Of a stretch of DNA of 64,000 nucleotides, positions 26,042 to 37,599 are shown piece after piece (position 1 is the first letter of the stretch; each line of letters opens with the position of its first letter). The stretch spans positions 23,994,001 to 24,058,000 of the forward strand of contig NC_043008.1 of assembly GCF_006345805.1 (NCBI RefSeq). The letters are read 5' to 3'. Below the pieces are notes generated by a model. The model was not told the DNA's origin. It searched no databases and worked only from the letters and a program-made list of their open reading frames with translations. Made by a program: the position numbers and the translations under genes. The stretch comes from Octopus sinensis (lineage: Eukaryota).

Positions 26042-26043
<2 letters not shown>
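25490..26043 (-). mobile_element. Unclassified ~550-bp non-coding retroposon-like repeat with an (AAT)n tail
   Basis: Reverse complement matches 33419-33848. Both copies end GCATGCACTGCTCTCTCACTC followed by (AAT)n. Confidence 0.7.
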
Positions 26044-26088
<45 letters not shown>

Positions 26089-26211
26089 GTTGTTGTTTTA
26101 TTATTATTATCATCATCATCATCATCATCATAATCCTCCTCCTCCTCCTCCTCCTCATCATCATCATCATCATCAACATCATCATCATCATCATCATTAT
26201 CATCATCATCA

Positions 26212-26247
<36 letters not shown>

Positions 26248-26270
26248 TATTATTATTATTATTATTATCA
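26044..26270. repeat. Compound trinucleotide SSR TTA-TTG-TCA-TCC-TCA-TTA
   Basis: Direct inspection. Confidence 0.95.
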
Positions 26271-27217
26271 TTCAGTAGTTTTATTTTTATAGCGTGCTTT
26301 CACTTCACTACCGAGCGTCGCTCTGTGTGCCTTAGGTATGTGATGTGATTTGTTGTGATGCTCTGATGGCTATTGTATGGAAAGTGTTCTGCGTAGGATG
26401 TGTGCAGTGCCTAGTAGTACAATTTTCTGTATGTTATATGTGTTGTAAGTCCTGGTGTTTTTGTTATGTATTTGTCTGAATATTTTTTATCATGCCTAAT
26501 GCACCTACTATGATAGGATTGTTTCTGTTTTTAGATTCCACATTCTGGTTACCTCTATTTCCAGGTCTTTGTATTTTGAAAGTTTCTCCATTTCTTTTAG
26601 AGACACGTTGTCATCTGCCGGTATTGATACATCAATTAGAAAGCATTTTTTTCTTCATGATCTCTGACAACTATATCTGGTATGTTGGCCTTAATTTCTC
26701 TATCTGTGTGTATCGGCATATCCCAGAGTATGGTTGCTTTCTCGTTTTCTGTGACCTTTTCTGGTGTGTGCCTATACCATCTTTTTTCTGTTGTTATTCC
26801 ATAACGTTGGCATAGCTTCTAATGTATGTAGGTTCCAACCCTGTTATGTCTGTGAATATATTCCTTCTTAGCCAGGCCTGGGCAGCCAGAGATAATATGA
26901 TTTATTGTTTCTTGCCCATCTCCACATATTCTGCAGTTACTTGTTATATTTCTTTTCATTACATGTTTTTGGTAATTTCTGGTGGGGAGGCTTTGGTCTT
27001 GTGCTGCAATTAAAAATCCCTCTGTCTCTGCTTTGAGTCCTGAGCTTTTCAACCATTGCTGGGATTTTTCTTTGTCTATTTCTTTTGCGTTTAGTTTAGT
27101 CTAGTATTTACCATGAAGGGGCTTTTCTTGCCATCGTTTTATCATGGTTCTTTGCTGTTCTATTTTTAGTTTGGATTTCATTTGTTGTATAGTTTTTGTT
27201 GTTTCTTCTTCTTCTTC

Positions 27218-27249
<32 letters not shown>

Positions 27250-29530
27250 CTTCTTTTCTTCTTCTTCTTCTTCTTCTTCTTCTTCTTCTTCTCCTTCTTC
27301 TTCTTCTTCTTCTTCTTCTCTTCTTCTTCTTCTTCTTCTTTTTCTTCTTCTTCTTCTTCTTCTTCTTCTTCTTCATATTTATCAGGTGGTATGATTTCTT
27401 GTTTGTATTTGTCAGCTTCCTTAAATACTGAGAACAGTTTTTTGTTTTGCTCGTGTTTTGCCGCTATTTGTATCAGTTTTCCTTCCTTCTGAAGTAGATA
27501 TATTTGCAGTCCTATGGTGGTTATTTTATAGATTTCCAGCTGTATAAGGCCTCTACCAGCTTCTATATTTTGTATATATAGTCTTTCTATGTCAGATTTC
27601 GGGTGATGCATCCTAGATCCTGTCATTATTTTTCTTGTTTTCCTATCTATTTTGGTCAGTTCATTTAGTGTCCAGTTAAGGATATTGTAGCTGTAACTTA
27701 TAACTGGGACGGCTAAAGTGTTAATACCTATTATCTTGTTCTCAGCATTGAGCTCTGTTTTTAGTTTTGATGTAACTCGTCTATAATATTCTTTTTTTTA
27801 TTTTCTCTTTCATTTGTGTGTGTTGTGTCTTATCTAGTTCATGGATTCCTAAGTATTTGTAAGTTTGGCTTTGGTTTAGTTCTTTTATTTCATTGGCTTT
27901 ATCTAGTATGATGTTGCTACTCTAAACTAGTTTTCCTCTTTTCATGGTTACTTTGGCGCATTTTTCTAATCCAAATGTCATATCTATTTCTTTGGTAAAT
28001 CCATGAACTGTCTTTAATAGTGTTTCCAGCTGTTTGTCATTTGCAGCGTATAGTTTTAGGTCATCCATATACAAAAGGTGGCTGATCGTTTTGCCGTAAC
28101 ATTTATATCCGCATCCAGTTCTATTTAGCATATCAGATAGAGGTGACAGTGCCAAGCAGAAAAGGAGTGGAGAGAGCGTGTCTCCCTGGAATATTCCTCT
28201 TTTAATGGGGATATCTTTGGTTTTCATGAGTCCCTCTTTTGTTTGGAGCTGTAGCACTGTTTGCCATTTATTCATAGAGTGCTCTATGAATTTTATAACT
28301 GTTGGTGCTACTTTGTTAATGGCTACTTTGTTGGTGCTACTTTGTTAATGGCTAGTGTTTCGAGGATCTGCTGCTTATACTAAGTCATTTAGCTCAGTGA
28401 TATCACTTTTTGTTTCAGTGGCTATTAGTTCCGTGACGGCTAGGTTTATGCTGTTTATAATTGGTGTTGTTGTTTCGTCTTTTTTGATATTTGGGAGGTA
28501 TGGTCGGTGGTCCATTTTGAGCTCTGTGGTTTTCAGTTCTTTGATTATATTATCATAATCATTAGGCTCCCCTTCGTTGTTTCCAGGTTTTAGATTTGTG
28601 TCGCTTTCTTTCTTATTTATATGTTTGTTTGTCGTGTTTTGGCTTGCTGTTTGTCGTGTATTATTATGTATCCTTACGGTCTGGGTTTGTTGTTTTTTGT
28701 TTACATCGTGTTTGTTGGGAATGTTACGTTTATCTTCGTGTTTTACTGTTTCAGTGTTTATATTATTGGGCATTGTTGTATGGCTTCTATCTACATTTTC
28801 CTGGTGTATTTTTTCTTTTAGATGTTCTATTTCAATTTTGATATTTTTTTGCGTTGAGAATGTATCTTCGTACGTTATCTAGTTTATTAGGGTTCATTGC
28901 TATATCCAAGCCTATATTAATGTTATTTTCCTTCCATATTTTATATGTATGTGTTGTTGTGTTTTCACTTTTTGGGTAGAGCACTGCTGTGAAGTATACA
29001 TGTAGGATAGAAATGTATTCCTCACGTGTCCATTTATGTCTTTGGGTTTTATTTGCGGGACATGAGGAACAACGTCCGGCCCATTATTTTGACGGTCGTC
29101 ATTTTCGTAGGGTACCAGTCCGTTCATTTCTGTTGTCACATTATTTTGCACGTGTAGTTTTTCGTAGATTTTATGTTGTAAGTTTAAAGTACGTACTTCC
29201 CGATTGTTATTCTTGGGTTGAATAATATCGGTGGTATTTAATTTCTTCGTAGATTTTTTGTACATGGTGTTTGGGGTCGGGGATGATCTGCGTCGTAATG
29301 TTTCACGCATGTTTACACGTGTTTTGTAAGATATGGAGATGATATCGAGTTAAAATACATCATTTCGTTTCGAAAATAATAATAAATTTCAATGAGTATT
29401 ACTTACTCGGATATAGTCCAATCCTTTGTTAGTCAATTTTTGGTTCCATACGATGTGTTTGTTTTCGATGTCTGTGGATAGATTTCGGAGCTCTGTTTTT
29501 TCGTTCTTACATCTTAAACGTCCCCCGGCG

Positions 29531-29531
<1 letters not shown>
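26271..29531 (-). mobile_element. R4/Dong subfamily A copy with apparently intact 5' end and an internal deletion
   Basis: Begins right after (AAT)n. N-terminal RHKWTREEYISILHVYF...IWKENN...NKLDNVRRYI (Myb-like), RT FQGDTLSP and YMDD, CCHC, REL and 3' UTR. Confidence 0.9.
27203..27376. repeat. (TTC)n tract inside the Dong ORF
   Basis: Lies between PPDKY and ETTK codons on the minus strand. Confidence 0.95.
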
Positions 29532-29564
<33 letters not shown>

Positions 29565-29572
29565 TATGTTTG

Positions 29573-32500
29573 ACTTTTGCTTTATATTTGTACAAGTTGG
29601 CTCCAAGTCTCACCCAGAAAATCAAGAGACAACAGTTTGGAAGTTCATGTTGTCGTTACGCCTAGTGTCCCATATATGTGGGTGGTTTTTTGGGGTTGTA
29701 CTAGTGAATGTCTAAAAAAAACATACGAAAATTATGTTTGTTTTAAAACTTGTGATTACATAGAAAGTATTTTGCGTAGGATATGAGCAGTTCCCATGAG
29801 CACTATCTTTTGCCATTTTGGGGTTTCCTGGTATCTGAGTTAGGTAGCAATCAGCCCCTTTTGCTATCATTCCCAGGGCACCTATGACAACAGGTATTGC
29901 TTTAGTCTTCAGGTTCCACATTTTGCTGATTTCTATTTCCAGATCTTTATATTTGCTCACTTTCTGGTAGGTCTTGACAGATACGTTTATATCGATTGGG
30001 ACAGTCATATCAATGAGGAGGCATGTTTTTTGTCTGAAGTCTTTTACTATGATGTCTGGCCTATTCGCATCTATCTTTCTGTCAGTTTGAATGGTGAAGT
30101 TCCAGAGGAGTGAGATGTGGTCATTTTCAAGCACTGGAGGTGGTTTGTGTTACCACCAGTTTTTATCATGGGGCAAGTCCAGGCTTTTGCAAATTACCCA
30201 GTGAATATATTGTGCAGCTCTATCATGCCTGTTGAGATACTCTGTAGGCGCTAGAAAACTGCATTTGGAGGCAACATGGTCAATGGGTTCATTTTGTTGT
30301 TGACATACACAAGACGTTGGGCTACTGCCGTTCTTTAATACGTTGGCCTGGTAGTTCCTTGTAGGTGGGCATTGATCTTGAGCTGCTATGATAAACCCTT
30401 CTGTTTCAGATTTTAAGCCAGAGGCCATTAGCCATTGATGGATCAGGGCTTTGTCAACATCTACATTATTCGCTCTCTTTGGGTATTTGCCATAGAGAGG
30501 TTTTTCTTGCCATTTATCATTCAGAATATCTAAGGCCGCAGTTTTAGCACGAGTTTTCATGCGCTTAGCTTTTTCTGTGCTTGTTTCTTGTATGTCTATC
30601 TCTAATTCCGAAATGTGTTGTATTCGGAATTCACTTAGATGTTCATTTGCCTGTTTTGTTATTGAATATGATGCTTTCTTGTTTTCATATTTTGAGACAA
30701 GTTTTAACATCCAGTCCTCAGAGTTTTTCAGGTAGGTGTCTAGGCCAATTGTAGCAATCTTCATTGTTATTGCCAGTTGTAAAAGTCCAAGGCCTTAGGG
30801 TGGTGCATTCTATGCATTGTCAACAGTTTTCGTATTTTTCTGTCAAGATTATATATTTCAGTAATTGACCAGTTAACGACATTGAAACTGTAAGTCACGA
30901 CTGGTATGGCTAAAGCATTAATCGCTTCGATCCTGTTTCTCGCATTCAGCTCTGTCTTGAGTATTGCTCTTACTCTGCGATAACATTCTCTCCTGATCCT
31001 TTCCTTCATCCCTGAATGCCTTATTCCGTCCCCTTCAATTATCCCTAGGTACTTGTAGCTCTCCGCTGGGTCTAATTCTTTTATGACATTCTGCTGGTCA
31101 AGGTTAACGTTAGATGTTTCTGTCGTTTTTCCTTTGATAAAGGTAGCTTTTGCACTTTTATCGAGACCAAATTGCATTCTGATGTCATCACTTAATTGTT
31201 TAACTATCTCTAGTAAGCCCTTAAGTTGTTGGTCATTTTTTTGCAAAAAGCTTTAAATCATCCATGTAAATGAGATGATTTATATTTTTATCAAACATTT
31301 TATATCCGTACTGCGCGTCATTGAGCAATTTTGAGAGAGGTATTAAGGCTAAGCAAAAGAGGAGTGGTGATAGTGAGTCCCCCCTGGAAAATGCCACATG
31401 AAATTTTTACATCACCAGCATTTAGAGATTCATCGTCACTGTTCAAAGTTAGTGTGGTTCTCCATGATCTCATACTTACAGACAAAAAGTTTCGTAGAGT
31501 AGGTACTATTTTATACATTTCCAGGCATTTCTTAATCCAGCTATGTGGTAGGCTATCAAAAACCTTTTTATAGTCTATCCAGGCTATTGATAAGTTTTTG
31601 TGTCGTTTGTGACAATCTTCTAAGATCATCTTATTAATGAGTAGTTGATCTTTACAACCATAGGATCCACGTTTACATCCTTTCTGTTCATTAGGGAATA
31701 TGCTGCTGTCTGTTAAAAAATTATAGGTATATTCCGTCAGGACAGATGTTAGCGTTTTATACATAGTTGTTAAGCAGGTTATGGATCTATAGTTTTTTGG
31801 TTCATTTGTTTCTTCACTTTTTGGAAGCAGGAAGTTAACCCATTAATTAGCCAAGGAAGCATCCTACTAGGGTGTTGCAAAACATCATTGTAAAGTTCTG
31901 TTAGCAGTTCATGGCTCTCTGGGAAGGCATTCAACCAGACATTAGGAATTTTATCCTTTCCTGGAGACTTCCATTTGCTTGACCTCCTGAGATTAGATCT
32001 TATATCTTCTACCTTGACACCCTCCCACTTTTGCTCTTCTAAGGAGTTCAGTTCTGTAGATACTCTATCAATCCAGGGGGCCTTTTCGTTGTATGTTTTT
32101 TCTTCTGCCCAAATTTATTCCAAAATCCCTGCACTTCCTCTTTTGATGGTGCAGACTTTACAGTAACTGGTGTTTTTCCTATCTTCCTGTAAAAATGTTT
32201 GGGGTTATTTTTGAACATGTTGTTGTCCTTCAAGAATCTAACACACTTTTCATACCTCCCTATGCGGGCAGCTTTAGCAGATACCTTTTGCTTGATGGTT
32301 TCTATGGTGGCATCAATATCAAGTATAGTTTTGATATTATATTTTTTCATCAATTTTGGGGTTTTTGTAGGTTTGGTAATCTTGTCAACCTTAAGGTTTT
32401 TCAAGTATTCAATGTCAGATCTAAATAGTTTAATTTGTTGTTGGATTCGCTCTTTCCAAGAAGGCTTTTTGTGGGAATGTTGCCGTTTTCTAATCTTTTC

Positions 32501-33085
32501 ACCACATAGGATCATTGAGATTTTCGCGGATGCATAGTACAGGTGGTTGAGATCTGTGATATCAACATCATTAGCTGAAATTATATCCTTAAGTGCAAGC
32601 CGGATTTTACCAATTATTTTCATGTTTTGGTTAGAGTTACGGATTTTAGGGAGTGTATCGCGTTCATCCATACTGGTTTCTTTAATTCATGATTTGATTT
32701 TTTAGCTCATGTAGTTCTGTTGGGTCAATATTTGCGTGACTTTCTTCATCTATTTGATGTTCATCTGTCTTAGTGTTTATGATTGGTTCAGGGAGTATTT
32801 CACTTTGCCTATCACTTATGCTAACTCTTTCAATCCTTACTTCGTTTTTATCAGCCCTGGGCTAATCTATAATTATTTCCTCTGTATTATCTTCATTAGC
32901 TGCAGCTTCGTTCATTTTATCCGTTACTGCTTGTCTAATTTGATGAATCTCTACTTCAGTCAGTAATTTTTTTTTATAATGTTTCTTCTGACGTTGACAA
33001 GTTTGTTACTATCTATGTAGGGTCTTGCTTCAGGGTGTTTCTGTCTCCAGTTTAAGTATGTTTGTACAGTATTAGATTTATTCAT
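29573..33085 (-). mobile_element. R4/Dong subfamily B, nearly full length, frameshifted
   Basis: EQKGCKRGSYGCKDQL, AWIDYKKVFDS, IFQG and IYMDDLK (RT); ETEGFIIAAQDQ; DANRPDIIVKDF..LLIDMTVP (REL). Flanked by (TTA)n on both sides. Confidence 0.92.
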
Positions 33086-33088
33086 TAC

Positions 33089-33149
<61 letters not shown>

Positions 33150-33159
33150 GTTGTTGTTG

Positions 33160-33253
<94 letters not shown>
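33086..33253. repeat. (TTA)n microsatellite
   Basis: Direct inspection. Confidence 0.95.
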
Positions 33254-33416
33254 GGTATTCAATAATCCACGAGTGTGGGACCATGTCATATGCTTTCCTG
33301 TAGTCCACCCATGCCATCGCCAAATTTTTGTGGCTCTTGCAGTCAGCCAGGATCGTCTTACCGATTAATAATTGATCCTTCGTTCTTCTCCTCTTACGTC
33401 TACACCCCTTTTGTAC
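33254..33416 (-). mobile_element. R4/Dong subfamily C RT fragment
   Basis: [51 protein letters not shown]. Confidence 0.85.
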
Positions 33417-33418
33417 AC

Positions 33419-33848
33419 CTGATTGGAAGTGTTATCATGTACATTGTTTTGTCTTGGTATAAAAGATGGGCTACAGAAAACATTTTGCTCAATACCACAG
33501 ATTTGCTTGTGAGTTGTTTGACCTTAACCAGTTGAGCATGTCCCTTAGTGGCTGACGGTATGTGTATCTCTGATCACGAGCAGAAGTAGTGGGGGAGCAT
33601 CATAGCCATGTGTTTAGAGAGATTCTTTGGGGTTTGAATAATTCACCTTTGGAAACATATGTGGTTCGTTCAACGTCCTGCAAGGTCATATGCTGTTTAT
33701 CTTGATATGAGATCCCCATGTCGCGCACATATGGTTGTGATGCATGTGCCTAGCGTTCCCTTATCAGACGGGTAGTCCTGATGAGTAAACTGGGCTTCGT
33801 ATATTTTACCCCAGTGTCATTTTGATGGCATGCACTGCTCTCTCACTC
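33419..33848 (+). mobile_element. Second copy of the ~550-bp (AAT)n-tailed repeat (5'-trimmed, internal deletion of about 100 bp)
   Basis: Reverse-complement match to 25490-26000. Confidence 0.7.
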
Positions 33849-33883
33849 AATAATAATAATAATAATAAATAATAATAATAATG

Positions 33884-33915
<32 letters not shown>

Positions 33916-33917
33916 TC

Positions 33918-33955
<38 letters not shown>
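33849..33955. repeat. (AAT)n tail and target tract
   Basis: Direct inspection. Confidence 0.95.
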
Positions 33956-33956
<1 letters not shown>

Positions 33957-36408
33957 GATCAACCAAAAAAAAGGAGTATCAAAATAACAAACTCGGCATC
34001 TGAGCAACTTTGGACCCCCATAACAACTGAAGAGGTCACCCAGGCACTGCAAAGACTAAGCAACTGGAAGGCACCTGGGCATGACAAGATCCCCAACTTC
34101 TGGTTGAAATATCTAACAGGAATGCACAAAAAGCTGGCTGAAAACTTTAACAACATACTAGCAGAGCCAGAGACAATGCCTGAATGGCTCACGAAGGGGA
34201 AAACTATCTTAATTCCCAAATCAAATGAGACAGCAAAACCAGAAAACTACAGACCAATAACCTGCCTCCCTACAATGTTCAAGGCATTTACTGCAGTGAT
34301 ATCGCAAAGGTTGAACAAGCACCTAGACGAAAACAAACTGTTCCCAGAAGAACAGAAAGGATGCCGCAAAGGCTCATATGGCTGTAAAGATCAACTAATG
34401 ATTAATAAAGCCATAACTGAAGACAGCCACAGAAAGAAGAAAGGCCTCAGTATGGCCTGGATTGACTACAAAAAGGCGTTTGATAGCATCCCCCACACAT
34501 GGATCCTCGAAACACTAGCCATTAACAAAGTAGCACCAACAATCATAAAATTCATAGAGCACTCCATGAATAAATGGCAAACAGCCCTACACCTCCAAAC
34601 AAAAGAGGGACTCATGAAAACCAAAGACATCCCCATTAAAAGAGGAATATTCCAGGGAGACACGCTCTCTCCACTCCTTTTCTGCTTGGCACTGTCACCT
34701 CTATCTGATATACTAAATAGAACTGGATGCGGATATAAATGTTACGGCAAAACGATCAGCCACCTTTTATATATGGATGACCTAAAACTATACGCTGCAA
34801 ATGACAAACAGCTGGAAACACTATTAAAGACAGTTCATGGATTTACCAAAGAAATAGATATGAAATTTGGATTAGAAAAATGCGCCAAAGTAACCATGAA
34901 AAGAGGAAAACTAGTTAAGAGTAGCAACATCACACTAGATAAAACCATTGAAATAAAAGAATTAGACCAAAGCCAAACTTACAAATACTTAGGAATCCAT
35001 GAACTAGATAAGACAACACACACAAATGAAAGAGAAAATAAAAAAAAGAGTATTATAGACGAGTTAGATCAATACTAAAAACAGAGCTCAAAGATAATAG
35101 GTATTAACACTTTAGCTGTCCCGGTTACAGCTACAATATCCTTAACTGGACACGAAATGAACTGACCAAAATAGATAGGAAAACAAGAAAAATAATGACA
35201 GGATCTAGGATGCATCACCCAAAATCTGACATAGAAAGACTATATATACAACGTATAGAAGGTGGTAGAGGCCTTATACAGCTGGAACACTACTATAAAA
35301 TAACCACCATAGGACTGCAAATATATCTACTTCAGAAGGGAGGAAAACTGATACAAATAGCGGCAAAACACGAGCAAAACAAAAAACTGTTCTCAGTATT
35401 TAAGGAAGCTGACAAATACAAACAAGAAATCATACCACCTGATAAATATGAAGGAGAAGAAGAAGATGAAGAAACAACAAAAGCTATAAAACAAATGAAA
35501 TCCAAACTAAAAATAGAACAGCAACGAACCATGATAAAGCGATGGCAAGAAAAGCCCCTTCATGGTAAATACTGGACTAAACTAAACGCAAAAGAAATAG
35601 ACAAAGAAAAATCCCAGCAATGCTTGAGAAGCTCAGGACTCAAAGCAGAGACAGAGGGATTTTTAATTGCAGCACAAGACCAAAGCCTTCCCACCAGAAA
35701 TTACCAAAAACATGTAATGAAAAGAATTATTACAAGTAACTGCAGAATATGTGGAGATGGACAAGAAACAATAAATCATATTATCTCTAGCTGCCCAGTC
35801 CTGGCTAAGAAGGAATATATTCACAGACATGACAGAGTTGAAACCTACATACATTGGAAGCTATGCCAACATTATGGAATAACAATAGAAAAAAGATGGT
35901 ATAGGCACACACCAGAAAAGGTCACAGAAAACAAGAAAGCAACCATACTCTGGGATATGCCGATACACACAGATAGAGAAATTAAGGCCAACAGACCAGA
36001 TATAGTTGTCAGAGATCATGAAGAAAAAAATGCTTTCTAATTGATGTATCAATACCGGCAGATGACAACGTGTCTCTAAAAAAAATGGAGAACTCTCAAA
36101 ATACAAAGACCTGGAAATAGAGGTAACTAGAATGTGGAATCTGAAAACAGAAACAATTCCTATCATAGTAGGTGCATTAGGCATGATAAAAAAATATTCA
36201 GACAAATACATAACAAAAACACCAGGACTTACAAACACATATAACATACAGAAAATTGCACTACTAGGCACTGCACACATCCTACGCAGAACACTTTCCA
36301 TACAATAACCATCAGAGCATCACAACAAATCACATCACATACCCAAGGCACACAGGGCTGCGCTCGGTAGTGAAGTGAAAGCACGCTATAAAAATAAAAC
36401 TACTGAAC
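33956..36408 (+). mobile_element. R4/Dong subfamily A, 5'-truncated, best preserved copy
   Basis: RT ORF 34104-35078, CCHC/REL ORF 35195-36040, REL end to about 36305, 3' UTR, then (AAT)n. Confidence 0.95.
34104..35078 (+). pseudogene. Reverse transcriptase domain of the Dong element (open for 324 codons, then frameshifted)
   Basis: NYRPITCLPT, AWIDYKKAFDSI, IFQGDTLSPLLF, YMDDLKLY and YKYLG. Confidence 0.93.
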
Positions 36409-36462
<54 letters not shown>

Positions 36463-36495
36463 TATTATTATTATTATTATTATATTATATTATTA

Positions 36496-36576
<81 letters not shown>
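36409..36576. repeat. (AAT)n switching to (ATT)n
   Basis: Strand switch at about 36461. Confidence 0.95.
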
Positions 36577-36577
<1 letters not shown>

Positions 36578-36726
36578 ATTTCGAAAAATACCTTAGGAAT
36601 GAGAACCCAGGTTCGAAATTTCCCCTAGACACCTGAAGAAGGCTGGAGGGCGTATCAGCCGAAACGTTGTGTTAACAACAAGCAAGAAGAGGAAAATATC
36701 CGTCAAATGTAAATAATGTAAATAAC
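36576..36726 (+). mobile_element. Solo Penelope-like pseudo-LTR
   Basis: Matches 1-130 and contains a hammerhead core. Confidence 0.65.
36627..36673 (+). ncRNA. Minimal type I hammerhead ribozyme motif
   Basis: Stem I GACAC/GTGTT, core CTGAAGA (36633-36639), stem II GGCTG/CAGCC, GAAAC (36661-36665) and palindromic AACGTT stem III. Confidence 0.65.
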
Positions 36727-37480
36727 TTCACTAGGTTCATGTTCATACCATTTATCAGTATGTCCAAATCCTAGCTTTTTCTTTCCCATTCAGTTCCCGA
36801 CAGACTGGATTATTCTCCCTTGGTTGTCATGTCTTTTCTTACATTCTTTCTGTGACGGCATGCTACATTCATTTACTATATGAGTAACAATTTCATTTTT
36901 TGATATTCATAAACTACATTGCGAATCTACTTGGTTTCTATTTATCTTGGCTGTTATCCAATTAGTACTTAATGCTTGTAACAAATTTTCTGTCTCCCTT
37001 TTCAGCTTTCCTTTCTGCAACCATAACCATGCCTCACTACTGCTATTTGTTGCAACTTTCTTTAGGAATCTAAGCGTTCTCTTATCAGTCAGATAACTTT
37101 TGCTCTTTTTTCTGATTTTTAACTTCGTTTGGGTTTTTGGTTTCCCTATGTCTTGCTGTGACTCTACCAACTTTTAATAATTGTTTTCACTATTATCTAC
37201 ATAGTAGCCTATATCTACTCCAGCTAACCCCACACAGTCTTTTACTGATACTAACCTTCTTGCACCTTCCTTTCTAGGTGAATATAATCTTGTCATTCCT
37301 GCCCTTGGGTGAAGTCCTCCATTCATATTGAACTCCTTCATAGTTCTTCTGTCTAGCTTTGCTAATTCAGTTTTTTGCCAATCTACAAAATTTATTTTCA
37401 TTTCTATAGTTAGTATTCTGTTAGATTCTAATACTTATAACTCTCTCCGTCTTTCAATGATTTTAATGTCTGGCCATTTG
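36727..37480 (-). mobile_element. Decayed R4/Dong subfamily C-like fragment
   Basis: WQKTELAKLDRRTMKEFNMNGGLHPRAGMTRLYSPRKEG, KLKRETENLL and KWYEHEP. Confidence 0.8.
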
Positions 37481-37599
37481 GTAATTGGATGCTTTCACTG
37501 CTGACTACCTGCACCCTTCTCATGACTAATATTGCACACTTACCTATGCTAAACATATTTCCGAACACACTCCATATGTTTCGCTTAAAATAATTGCTT

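Noticed and set aside
29380-29531. HDV-like ribozyme at the Dong 5' end
   Set aside because: I could not assemble a nested double pseudoknot (P1, P1.1, P2, P3) by eye.
33778-33830. CTGATGA in the 550-bp repeat as a possible hammerhead
   Set aside because: No downstream GAAA or stem III, and the other copy reads CATGATGG at this site.
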